Source: an uncultured Candidatus Rokubacteria bacterium (lineage in GTDB: Bacteria > Methylomirabilota > Methylomirabilia > Rokubacteriales > DASRDR01). From it: a stretch of 64,000 nucleotides of DNA. Made by a program: the position numbers and the translations under genes. Of this stretch, positions 16,890 to 26,011 are shown piece by piece. The stretch spans positions 448,001 through 512,000 of the forward strand of contig CAWGVS010000006.1 of NCBI GenBank assembly GCA_963826115.1. Reading direction: 5' to 3'. Under the pieces are notes generated by a model. It saw only the letters and a list, made by a program, of their open reading frames with translations. It made no database searches and was not told the origin of the DNA. The number at the start of each line of letters is the position of its first letter. Within the stretch, counting starts at the first letter, position 1.

Positions 16890-16909
16890 GGACAGAGAGG
16901 GGAGAGGCC

Positions 16910-17563
16910 ATGAAGATCTTCCTGGACACCGGCAGCGTGAACGAGCTCAAGGAGGTCGCCGCCATGGGCCTCCTCGACGGCGCCACGACCAATCCCTCGC
17001 TCGTCGCCAAGGAGAAGCGGCCGTTCCGCGACCTGGTCGACGAGATCTGCCGGATCGTCGACGGGCCGGTGAGCCTCGAGGTCGTCGCGACCGACACCGA
17101 CGGCATGGTCCAGCAGGGGCGCGAGCTCGCCAAGATCGCCCCGAACGTCGTCGTGAAGCTCCCGACGACGGTCGAGGGCATCAAGGCGCTCCGCGTCCTC
17201 AACGGCGAGGGTCTCCGGACCAACCTGACGCTCTGCTTCTCGCCGAACCAGGCCCTTCTCGTCGCGAAGGCCGGGGCCACGTACGTGAGCCCGTTCCTCG
17301 GGCGCCTCGACGACATCTCGCACGTCGGCATGGACCTGATCCGGACGATCCGGAAGATCTACGACAACTACGGCTTCGAGACGCAGATCCTCGCGGCGTC
17401 CCTCCGGAACCCGATCCACGTGGTGGACGCGGCGCTCGCCGGCGCGGACGTGGCGACGCTTCCGTTCGCCGTCTTCCAGCAGCTGATCAAGCACCCGCTC
17501 ACCGACATCGGGCTCAAGCGCTTCCTCGAGGACTGGCAGAAGGCCGGCGTGTCCCTGACGTGA
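16910..17563 (+). CDS. fsa: Transaldolase / fructose-6-phosphate aldolase (short type)
   Basis: MKIFLDT, DGATTNPSL, VVVKLP, TNLTLCFS, YVSPFLGRLDD, HPLTD.GL. Confidence 0.92.
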   Translation: MKIFLDTGSVNELKEVAAMGLLDGATTNPSLVAKEKRPFRDLVDEICRIVDGPVSLEVVATDTDGMVQQGRELAKIAPNVVVKLPTTVEGIKALRVLNGEGLRTNLTLCFSPNQALLVAKAGATYVSPFLGRLDDISHVGMDLIRTIRKIYDNYGFETQILAASLRNPIHVVDAALAGADVATLPFAVFQQLIKHPLTDIGLKRFLEDWQKAGVSLT

Positions 17564-17581
17564 CACCCTAGGCGTCGCGCC

Positions 17582-17974
17582 GTGTCGGCCGCGGGCCTGG
17601 CGGTCGTCCGGGAGATGTACGACGCGTTCGCGCGGCGGGACGGCGCCGCCGTCTTCGCGCGGCTCCACCCCGACGTCGAGTTCCAGCAGACTCCGCTCCT
17701 GCCCTGGGGCGGGCACTACCGGGGGCACGAGGGCGCCCGGGAGTTCTTCACCCGCCTGCGGGAGACGATCGACTCCGCCGTCGCCGTGGACCGCTTCATC
17801 GATGCCGGGGACCACGTGGCGGCGGTCGGGCGGACGCGCGGGCACGTTCTCGCGAGCGGGGCCGCATTCGACGTGGCTATCGCGCACGTGTGGACCCTGC
17901 GCGACGACCGGGTCGCCCGGTTCGAGGCGTACATCGACACCCCGGCCATGCGGGAGGCCCTGGGGCTCCGCTGA
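17582..17974 (+). CDS. SnoaL/NTF2-like protein
   Basis: YDAFARRD..LHPDVEF..GGHYRG..HVWTLRD..FEAYIDT. Confidence 0.85.
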   Translation: MSAAGLAVVREMYDAFARRDGAAVFARLHPDVEFQQTPLLPWGGHYRGHEGAREFFTRLRETIDSAVAVDRFIDAGDHVAAVGRTRGHVLASGAAFDVAIAHVWTLRDDRVARFEAYIDTPAMREALGLR

Positions 17975-18083
17975 CCGCCGAGGATCTCCCGGCCGCCGGC
18001 CGGCTCGGGGTAGAGTGCAGGGGCGATGACACGGCGAGCCGGGGACCGTCCGTCGACGCCAACGCCAGACGCGAGGTGATCGG

Positions 18084-19457
18084 GTGAGCGAGGCCTACGA
18101 CTTCGACCTGGTGGCGATCGGCAGCGGGCCGGCGGGCCAGCGCGCGGCCGTCCAGGCCGCGAAGCTCGGCAAGCGGGTGGCCATCATCGAGAAGAACCGC
18201 GTCGTCGGCGGCGTCTGCGTCGAGACCGGGACGATCCCCAGCAAGACCTTCCGCGAGGCCGTCTCGGTGGTGACGGCGGCGCCGGGGGCCGGCGCCCGCC
18301 CGACGGCGGAACAGCTCCTGGCCCGCGTCAGCGACGTCGTGCGCCGGGAGGTCGACGTGCTCGACAACCAGCTCCGGCGCAACGACATCGCCGTCATCCG
18401 GGGCGAGGCCGAGTTCCAGGACCCCCACACCCTGCACGTCCGCGCGGAGACCGGCTCCCGCACGGTGCGCGCCGCGACGATCGTGGTGGCCGTCGGCACC
18501 CGGGCCGTGACCCCGCCCGGCGCGGTGGTCGACGGCGAGGTGGCGATCACCAGTGACGACATCGTCCGCCTGAAGCGCCTGCCGCGGGCGATGACCGTCG
18601 TGGGCGGCGGCGTCATCGGCATCGAGTACGCGTCGATCTTCGCCGCGCTCGGCATCGAGGTCACCGTGGTCGAGCGCCGGGACCGGATCCTCGACTTCGT
18701 GGACCGGGAGATCGTCGACGAGCTCGTCCACCAGATGCGGAAGCGGAACGTCACCTTCCGCTTCGGCGAGGCCGTGCAGCGGTTCGAGGTGTCGGAGGGG
18801 CCGCCCCGCCGGGGCGTGCTGTTCCTCGAGTCGGGAAAGCGGATCGTCTCCGACCTCGTGCTCTTCTCGGCCGGTCGCATGGGCGCGACGGACCGGCTGA
18901 AGCTCGACGCGGCGGGGCTCGCCGCCGACGAGCGGGGGCGGCTCGCCGTCGACGCGGACTTCCGGACCGCCGTCCCGCACGTCTACGCCGCCGGCGACGT
19001 GATCGGCTACCCGAACCTGGCCGCGACGTCGAGCGAGCAGGGGCGCCTGGCGGCGTGCCACGCCTTCGGGGTGGCGGCGGGCCCGATGGCGAGCCATTTC
19101 CCGCTGGGGATCTACGCCATCCCGGAGATCTCCATGGTCGGCGCTACCGAGCAGGAGCTGACCCAGGCCAAGGTGCCCTACGAGATCGGCGTGGCTCGCT
19201 ACCGTGAGATCGCCCGGGGTCAGATCCTGGGCGACGACAGCGGCCTCTTCAAGATGCTCTTCCACCGGGAGACCCGGCGGCTCCTGGGCGCCCACGCGAT
19301 CGGCACCCAGGCGACCGAGCTGATCCACATCGGGCAGGCGGTGCTGGGATTGGGCGGCGGGCTCGACTACTTCCTGTGCACGGTCTTCAACTACCCGACG
19401 CTCGCCGAGTGTTACAAGGTGGCCGCCCTCGACGCGGCCAACAAGCTCGCCGTCTGA
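18084..19457 (+). CDS. sthA: Soluble pyridine nucleotide transhydrogenase
   Basis: IGSGPAG, GGVCVETGTIPSK (CxxxxT), GGGVIGIEYA, GIYAIPEIS, FNYPTLAECYKVAALD. Confidence 0.9.
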   Translation: MSEAYDFDLVAIGSGPAGQRAAVQAAKLGKRVAIIEKNRVVGGVCVETGTIPSKTFREAVSVVTAAPGAGARPTAEQLLARVSDVVRREVDVLDNQLRRNDIAVIRGEAEFQDPHTLHVRAETGSRTVRAATIVVAVGTRAVTPPGAVVDGEVAITSDDIVRLKRLPRAMTVVGGGVIGIEYASIFAALGIEVTVVERRDRILDFVDREIVDELVHQMRKRNVTFRFGEAVQRFEVSEGPPRRGVLFLESGKRIVSDLVLFSAGRMGATDRLKLDAAGLAADERGRLAVDADFRTAVPHVYAAGDVIGYPNLAATSSEQGRLAACHAFGVAAGPMASHFPLGIYAIPEISMVGATEQELTQAKVPYEIGVARYREIARGQILGDDSGLFKMLFHRETRRLLGAHAIGTQATELIHIGQAVLGLGGGLDYFLCTVFNYPTLAECYKVAALDAANKLAV

Positions 19458-19483
19458 CGCGGCCTTCCGCCCGGCGCGCGGGC

Positions 19484-19699
19484 CTACGAGGAGCGGCGCG
19501 CGAACAGCAGGAGCGCGACTCCGCCCGCCAGCGCCACCACGCCGAGGACCGGCGACAGCGGGATCGTCTTCTCGTGCTTGACCTCCGCCTTGAACGGCCC
19601 GACGTCGAGAATCTTGTCCTTGGTGGTGTAGGTGATGCCCTGGTAGACGAGGGCGATCACTCCGAGCACGATGAGCGCCACTCCGATCAGCTTGACCAT
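19484..19699 (-). CDS. Small two-TM protein (DUF3185-like)
   Basis: LIGVALIVLGVIALVYQGITYT..ILDVGP..KTIPLSPVLG; GGAGG SD. Confidence 0.8.
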   Translation of the reverse strand: MVKLIGVALIVLGVIALVYQGITYTTKDKILDVGPFKAEVKHEKTIPLSPVLGVVALAGGVALLLFARRSS

Positions 19700-20150
19700 C
19701 GCATGTCCTCCCGTGGCGGCGGGCTTTCCGGCTCACCGGACGCAGCCACGTCGCCCAGCCGCTGCTGCAAATAGCGCCGGTGATTCGCCACGAAGTCACG
19801 GGTGACCAGGTAGTGTTCCGTATCTTCGTAGCGGACGACACAGGCCCCGTCGTTCGACAACTGGTAGATCGTAGCCCGAGGATAGGCCATCAGGATAGGG
19901 GAGTGGGTGGCGATGACGAACTGACACTGCGCCTCGACGAGGTCGTGCATCAGGCGCAGCATGGCGAATTGGCGCCGCGGGGATAATGCGGCCTCGGGCT
20001 CGTCGAGGATGTAGAGGCCCTGCCGAATGAGGGCACCCGGTCGCGCATGAGGGTCAGCGACAGGAGGAAGCCCTGTGGCTCCGGCGGTGCCGTCGAGCTC
20101 TCGTTCGACGGGGTCAGGCGCGGACGTCGCCCCACGGTCCGTCGGCGCAT
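19687..20150 (-). pseudogene. Internally deleted ABC/AAA-type predicted ATPase (COG3910-like)
   Basis: N-terminal GFLLSLTLMRDRVPSF joined out of frame to QGLYILDEPEAALSPRRQ..FVIATHSPILMAYP; Walker A absent. Confidence 0.7.
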
Positions 20151-20154
20151 CGCG

Positions 20155-21171
20155 TCAGCCGCGCAGCGCTTCGGCGAAGGCGCGCAGCTCCTCGCGGGTG
20201 GTCCGGCGCTCGAGCGCCACGTAGGGCGCGAGGCGGTCGAGCAGCCCGCCGTAGCGCTCGTCGAGCGCGGCCCGGAGGCCGTCGAAGGGCGCCTCGACCG
20301 CGAACACGCCCAGCATCTCGTCCGTGATCAACGCCGCCATTCCCGCCCAATCCCCCTCCACCGACTTCCGGTGGAGCTTGGGCGTCAGGTCCTGCCAGCC
20401 GTGCGCGGCCAGCACCGGCTCGTAGGTCCGCGTCGACGCGTAGAAGGAGACCTGGGTCCGGGCGTGCTCGCGCGCCCGCGCGATCTCGTCGGCGGTGCGG
20501 CCGGTGATCATGAACACGGAGCACGCCAGCTCGACCGCCTGGCGGGGGCGGCCGGTCTTCGCGAGCCCCGCCTCGATGTTGGGGAGCGCGAACTCCCGGA
20601 GGTACTTCACCGAGTGGAACGGGTGGAGGTGCACGCCGTCGCAGAGCTCGCCGGCGAGCCGCATGTTGTACGCGTTGACCGCCGCGACGTAGATCGGGAT
20701 CCGCGGATGCTCGATCGGCGGCGGCGCGAAGAACGGCGTGGTGAGGGTGATCGTGTAGTGCTCGCCACGGAAGCTCACGGGCCCGCGCGCCTGCCACGCG
20801 TCCCAGATGGCGCGGAGCGCGAGGACGTACTCGCGGAGCCGGGGCCCCGGGGCGGTCCACGGCACCGAGAACCGCCGCTCCATGTGTCCCTTCACCTGCG
20901 TGCCGAGCCCGAGGATCATCCGCCCGCCGGAGGCCGCCTGGAGGTCCCACGCCGCGTGGGCGACCACGGTGGGACTCCGGGGGAAGGCGACCGCGATCGC
21001 GGTGCCAAGGCTCACGTGGCGCGTGTGCTCCGCGGCCAGGGCGAGGGGCAGGAACGGGTCGTGCCGCGTCTCCGCGGTCCAGAGACCGTCGAAGCCCAGG
21101 GCCTCGGCCTCCCGGGCCATCGCCGGGACGTCCCCGAGCTCCTCGATGCCGAGCGTGGCGTCGATCTTCAC
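20155..21171 (-). CDS. LLM class oxidoreductase, TIGR03617-type (probably F420-dependent)
   Basis: AETRHDPF, GTAIAVAFPRSP..AWDLQ..SGGR.ILGLGTQVKGH.ERRFS, TLTTPFF, FYAST. Confidence 0.85.
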   Translation of the reverse strand: MKIDATLGIEELGDVPAMAREAEALGFDGLWTAETRHDPFLPLALAAEHTRHVSLGTAIAVAFPRSPTVVAHAAWDLQAASGGRMILGLGTQVKGHMERRFSVPWTAPGPRLREYVLALRAIWDAWQARGPVSFRGEHYTITLTTPFFAPPPIEHPRIPIYVAAVNAYNMRLAGELCDGVHLHPFHSVKYLREFALPNIEAGLAKTGRPRQAVELACSVFMITGRTADEIARAREHARTQVSFYASTRTYEPVLAAHGWQDLTPKLHRKSVEGDWAGMAALITDEMLGVFAVEAPFDGLRAALDERYGGLLDRLAPYVALERRTTREELRAFAEALRG

Positions 21172-21258
21172 GGATCCGTCCCGGCGTCCGAGTGGCTCAT
21201 GGCGGTTAGCCTACTCCAGACCGGCTCGGTCTTGCGGCCCGGTCGATCGGCGGCGAGG

Positions 21259-22884
21259 TCACGTCCGCGGCGCCGCCGCGTGCAGGTGCTGGATCTTGCC
21301 CGACGGCGCGGTCAGGGGCGGCTGACGCTCCACGCGGAGGAACTTCGACTCCCGCCAGAGGAGCGCCATGACCCGGTCGCTCTCCGCCCGGGCGCCGATG
21401 GCGGACAGGAAGGCCTCGGCCAGTGCCTCGGCGTCGACCGCGCCCAGCCGCGGATGTACGAGGAGCCGCAGGCGCGGCCGGCCGCCCGCGCCCTCTTCCT
21501 CGACCAGCTGATAGTCGGTCGGCGCACCGCCGAACCGCGCGGGCAGCACCTCCTCGAGGACGCGGATCAGGTCGGTGTCGAGGAAGGTCATCCCGCCGGC
21601 GGTGAGCTTCTCGTGGCTCCGGATCTCCTGCAGGTGGGTCGTCCAGCCCAGCGACTCGAGCGGGCAGCCGCACCGGCGCTCGCTCATCACCGCCTGATCC
21701 CCGAGTGACGCGTTGATCAGGATGAGCGGCGCCGAGGCCCGGAGCGTGGACAGGAGCAGGGTCGGGGGAAGCAGTGGCGCCCGGGGCCTGGCTGCGTGGT
21801 CACCGGCGGCGCGGGCCGCGCCCGGCTGGACGAGCGCCACGAGATCGCGCAGCACGTGAACGTCGTCCGGCGCACCTCGCGCCGCGCAGCCGTAGCCGAT
21901 GGGGCCCGACTCGACGCTCGAGTACCGGAGGATGATCCGGGCCCCGGTGCGCTCGATGACGGCGAGGCGGGCCGACGTCAGGGGCTCCCCCGCGCTCGTG
22001 AACACCACGCGGCCGAGGTCCATGCCGGTCTCCGCGGCGGCCCGGCAGATCCGCACCACCGCGCTCGGATAGCTCATCACGTGGGGCATCTCGCCGCGCG
22101 CCAGCACCTCCGCCATCCAGCGGAGGATCGGCAGGGGATCGTCCGGCTTCACGTAGGTCGGGGCCGGCAGCGGGGTCAGGCCGGCGAGGGCCTGGGCCAG
22201 CCGAAGCGCGTGGACGCTCCACCGATAGCGCGCATGCAGCCCGGCTCCCCGGAGGTCGATGAGCGAGAACCATCGACGGGCCTCGACGCCGGCGGCGCCG
22301 TACTCGAGCACGTGGGCGAGCGCGCTCCCGCCGGGCACCGCCCAGCAGCCCAGGCGCCAGTCGCGTGCCCGGTAGGCGTCCAGGACCAGCGCGAGGTCGA
22401 CTGCCCGGTCGGTGACGACCGGGAGATTGACGGGGACGAGGCTGCGAGGCCCGCGGGTGCCGCTGGTCTGGGAGAGCAGGTGGGGCGCGAGCCGCGGGCT
22501 GAGCAGGCCCGCGGGATCGACGTGGATCCGCGTCGAGCCGCGCACGACGGCGTGGCGGCCCTTGAGCTCGTCGACGGTCAGGTACACGCCGCGGGCGTGG
22601 AGCTGCCCGAGGGCTCCCTCGAGCCCGTCACGCGTGACCAGCCGCTCGAGGTCGCCGTGCTCGCAGCCGGCCCACCGGAGCAAGTGGTGGTACGGACTCC
22701 CGGGATTCGCGTACACGCCCCACCGGACGAGGTCGAGGAAGTCGGCCTCCCGCCGCTCGAGACGCCGCCGGAGAGTGGCGCGGGCCGTGTCGATCGGAAT
22801 CGGGCGGCGGAGGACGCGGGGCAGCTCCGCGACCAGGCGGGCGCCCATCGTCAGGTCCGCGAGCGAGAGCGGCGAGTCGACCAC
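21259..22884 (-). CDS. Divergent phenylacetate-CoA-ligase-like (PaaK/CapK type) adenylate-forming protein
   Basis: QTSGTRG, SAGEPL, RYSSVESG, NASLGD, RRCGC, C-terminal SGKIQH. Confidence 0.65.
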   Translation of the reverse strand: MVDSPLSLADLTMGARLVAELPRVLRRPIPIDTARATLRRRLERREADFLDLVRWGVYANPGSPYHHLLRWAGCEHGDLERLVTRDGLEGALGQLHARGVYLTVDELKGRHAVVRGSTRIHVDPAGLLSPRLAPHLLSQTSGTRGPRSLVPVNLPVVTDRAVDLALVLDAYRARDWRLGCWAVPGGSALAHVLEYGAAGVEARRWFSLIDLRGAGLHARYRWSVHALRLAQALAGLTPLPAPTYVKPDDPLPILRWMAEVLARGEMPHVMSYPSAVVRICRAAAETGMDLGRVVFTSAGEPLTSARLAVIERTGARIILRYSSVESGPIGYGCAARGAPDDVHVLRDLVALVQPGAARAAGDHAARPRAPLLPPTLLLSTLRASAPLILINASLGDQAVMSERRCGCPLESLGWTTHLQEIRSHEKLTAGGMTFLDTDLIRVLEEVLPARFGGAPTDYQLVEEEGAGGRPRLRLLVHPRLGAVDAEALAEAFLSAIGARAESDRVMALLWRESKFLRVERQPPLTAPSGKIQHLHAAAPRT

Positions 22885-22961
22885 GGTCCGCCGGGTCGCG
22901 AGGCGGCCGGCTACCGGCCGGCGCCGCGCGCGGTGTAGGATCGGTCGGTCCCGGCGGCCTG

Positions 22962-24377
22962 ATGCATCGGTGGCTCGTCCCCCATGTCGTCCTGCCGCTC
23001 TCCGAGCGGCTGACGGGGCGTCGACCGTGGACCGAGGCGCTGCGCCTTCGGCGGCTGCAGTGGCAGTCCCCCGCGGAGCTCGACGGGCGCGCCCTGCGCC
23101 GCGCGCGCACCGTGCTCGCGCATGCGGCCGCGCGCGTGCCCTACTACCGGGAGCTGTTCACGCGCGCCCGTGTGGCCCCCGAAGACGTTACCACGCTGGC
23201 AGCCCTCTCCCGGCTGCCGGTCGTCACGAGGGCCGATCTGCGGGCGAGCTTCCCGGATCGCACCACCGCGGAGGACCTTCCGGCCGCTCGCCGATGGCTG
23301 ACCCGCACGTCCGGATCCACCGCGCGGCCCTTCGAGTTCTACGCGGACCGGGCCGGCATGGACAGCTGGCTGGGCTCGCACCTCTTCTTCCTGGACTGGC
23401 TCGGCGCTGCGCTCTGGACGCCGCGGATCGACATCTTCGGCCCGCCCGGCGGGGAAGCGGCGGCGAACACGCCCGGATCGTCCGCGCTGCCACGAGCCGT
23501 CCGCGTGCTGGTCCTGGGTGAGCGGGTCGTCTCCGTCGCGGGTGTGGACCTGACGGTGGACGCGCTCCGCATGCACGTGGACCGCTTCCCCCGGCGGCGC
23601 CCGTACTTCATCCGGGCGAGTCCCTCCTATGCGGCGCGACTGGCCGCCCAGATCCTCGCCGACGGCCGGGCGCTCGACCGCGGTCCGATGGCGGTCATGA
23701 CCGGGGCCGAGACCTTGACGCCGGTCCAGGAGGCGACGATTCGCCGCGCGTTCGGCTGCCGGGTCGTCAACCACTACTCGAGTTGGGAAGTGCCGCACAT
23801 GGCGCAGAGCTGTCCGGACCACGCGGGGCTGCTGCACGTCAACAGCGAGCGGGTCGTACTGCGCGTGGTGGACGCCGACGGGCGCGACGTCCGGCCCGGC
23901 GACCGGGGCCGCGTGCTCATCACGGCGCTCGCGAACGACGTGATGCCGTTCATCAACTACGATCTCGGCGACTGGGCCGTCCGCGGCGACCGCTGCCCGT
24001 GCGGCCGCGGATTCCCGACCCTCGCCGCGGTCGACGGCCGGACCGGGGAGGTGATCGAGACCTCGGACGGCCGCGCGATCACGCCGGCGATGCTCGGGAC
24101 CCAGCTGCCGCTGCAGAGCGACGTGGCCGGCTTCATTGCCGACTACCAGGCGGACCACACCGCGCCGGACGCGGTCACGCTCCGCGTCGTGCCGCTCCTC
24201 GGCTTCATGGCCGAGATGATCGCGCCGCTCCGGGCGACGATGGAGCGCCTGATGGGGCCCACGGTGCGGGTGTCGGTCGAGGTCGTCGAGCGCATCCCCG
24301 AGGAGCCGTCGGGCAAGCGCTTCATCGTCCGGTCCCACCGACCGCCGGCGGGGCCGACGCGCGGGGAGCGGGCCTGA
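22962..24377 (+). CDS. Phenylacetate--CoA ligase family protein (CapK-like)
   Basis: HAAARVPYYRELF, TSGST, GAETL, NHYSSWE, MPFINYDLGD, CPCGRGFP, DGR, SGKR. Confidence 0.85.
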   Translation: MHRWLVPHVVLPLSERLTGRRPWTEALRLRRLQWQSPAELDGRALRRARTVLAHAAARVPYYRELFTRARVAPEDVTTLAALSRLPVVTRADLRASFPDRTTAEDLPAARRWLTRTSGSTARPFEFYADRAGMDSWLGSHLFFLDWLGAALWTPRIDIFGPPGGEAAANTPGSSALPRAVRVLVLGERVVSVAGVDLTVDALRMHVDRFPRRRPYFIRASPSYAARLAAQILADGRALDRGPMAVMTGAETLTPVQEATIRRAFGCRVVNHYSSWEVPHMAQSCPDHAGLLHVNSERVVLRVVDADGRDVRPGDRGRVLITALANDVMPFINYDLGDWAVRGDRCPCGRGFPTLAAVDGRTGEVIETSDGRAITPAMLGTQLPLQSDVAGFIADYQADHTAPDAVTLRVVPLLGFMAEMIAPLRATMERLMGPTVRVSVEVVERIPEEPSGKRFIVRSHRPPAGPTRGERA

Positions 24378-24384
24378 CGTCGGC

Positions 24385-25449
24385 CTAGGCGCGAGGCTGG
24401 TACGCCATCGCCTCGAGGCGCGCCACGCGGTCCGCGATCGGCGGGTGGGTCGCGAAGAGGTCGGCGAGCCAGCCCTCGCGGTTGTTGGCCGCCCGGCCGA
24501 GCGGATCGGCGATGCAGAGGTGCGCGGTACCCCGGTGGATGCGCGCCGTCGGCGCCGCCGCCGCGTCGAGCTTGCGGAGCGCGCTCGCGAGGCCGAGCGG
24601 GTTGCGGGTCAGCTCGGCTCCCGACGCGTCGGCCAGGTACTCGCGGCGCCGCGAGACCCCGGTCGCGAGGAGGCGCCCGATGAGGGGCGTCAGGACGATC
24701 GTGAGGAGCCAGACGACGAGGAGGACCAGGACCAGGGGGCCGCCCCCCGACTCGCCGTCCCGCCGGCGCGAGTCCCGGGACTCGGGCACGCCGAGACGGA
24801 GCCGCATCGCCCAGTCGCTCAGGAGCAGGACGGCGCCCAAGAGCGCCGCGACGAGCGTCATCTTCCGGATGTCGAAGTTCCGGACGTGCGACATCTCGTG
24901 GGCGATCACGCCCTGGAGCTCCTCCCGGTTCATGGTCTGGAGGAGCCCCGTCGTCACCGCGATCGAGGCGTGGTCCGGGTCCCGTCCGGTGGCGAAGGCG
25001 TTCGGGTCGGGCTCGTCGATGACGTAGACCCGCGGCATCGGCTGGCCGGCCGCGATGGCCATCTCGGTGACCACGTTCATGAGCTGCTTGACCTCGGCGG
25101 AGGGGTTCCCGGGCGACACCGGTCGCGCGAAGCTCGAGGCGAGGACGGCGCGGTCGCCGAACCGGTAGCTGAGCCACGCCGATCCCATCCCGAAGAGCGC
25201 GGCGGCGCTGGCCGCGATGGGGAAGGGCAGCGGCACGGCGCCGGCGTGCGCCACGCGGGCGGCGCCGAGGACGAAGAGGTCGAAGCCGTAGCCGACGAAC
25301 GCGAGCAGCGCGACGAACGCCGCGATCAGGAGCCAGGTATCGCGCCGGTTGCGGCGCTGCTCGTCGAAGAGGTTGCCGGCCGCCGGCGCCGCCGGCCGGG
25401 GCCGCCCGCCGCCCGGGCCGGGAGCCGTCGGCGGCGTCTCCGCGGCCAT
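24385..25449 (-). CDS. htpX: HtpX-like M48 membrane zinc protease
   Basis: PNAFATGRDP, ELQGVIAHEMSH, SRRREYLAD, LASALRKL, FATHPP. Confidence 0.88.
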   Translation of the reverse strand: MAAETPPTAPGPGGGRPRPAAPAAGNLFDEQRRNRRDTWLLIAAFVALLAFVGYGFDLFVLGAARVAHAGAVPLPFPIAASAAALFGMGSAWLSYRFGDRAVLASSFARPVSPGNPSAEVKQLMNVVTEMAIAAGQPMPRVYVIDEPDPNAFATGRDPDHASIAVTTGLLQTMNREELQGVIAHEMSHVRNFDIRKMTLVAALLGAVLLLSDWAMRLRLGVPESRDSRRRDGESGGGPLVLVLLVVWLLTIVLTPLIGRLLATGVSRRREYLADASGAELTRNPLGLASALRKLDAAAAPTARIHRGTAHLCIADPLGRAANNREGWLADLFATHPPIADRVARLEAMAYQPRA

Positions 25450-25453
25450 GCCG

Positions 25454-26011
25454 CTACCGCGCGCCGAGGTCGACCCGGGGCAGCGCGCGGTCGGCCGCGT
25501 CGACCTGGAAGAACTCGGCCGGCCGGAAGCCGAGCGCGCCCGCGACGAGGTTGGCCGGGAAGACCTGCTGGCGCGTGTTGTACTGCGCCACCAGGTCGTT
25601 GTAGAGCTGGCGCGCGAACCCCACCCGGTTCTCGGTCGTGACCAGCTCCTCCTGGAGCGCGAGGACGTTCTGGTTGGCCTTGAGGTCCGGGTAGCGCTCC
25701 ATCACGGCGAGGAGCCCGCCCACGGCCTGGGAGAGCGCGCCCTCGGCGGCACCGACCGCGCCCGCGCCGGTGGCGGACAGCGCGCGCGTGCGGGCCGTCG
25801 CGATGCGGTCGAAGAGCTCCCGCTCGTGCTGCATGTACCCCTGGACGGCCGCGACCAGGTTCGGGATCAGGTCGTGGCGGCGCTTCAGCTGGACGTCGAT
25901 CTGGGCCCAGGCGCTCGCGACCTGATTCCGGAGCGCGATCAGCCCGTTGTAGAGCCAGATCGCGATCCCGACCACGGCGACCGCGAGAACGAGCCCGACC
26001 AGCCCGGTCAC
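25454..26011 (-). CDS. lemA: LemA family protein
   Basis: YNGLIALRN..AWAQIDVQLKRRHDLIPNLV, YPDLKAN, ENR..ARQLYND; GTG overlaps the upstream TGA. Confidence 0.92.
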   Translation of the reverse strand: MTGLVGLVLAVAVVGIAIWLYNGLIALRNQVASAWAQIDVQLKRRHDLIPNLVAAVQGYMQHERELFDRIATARTRALSATGAGAVGAAEGALSQAVGGLLAVMERYPDLKANQNVLALQEELVTTENRVGFARQLYNDLVAQYNTRQQVFPANLVAGALGFRPAEFFQVDAADRALPRVDLGAR

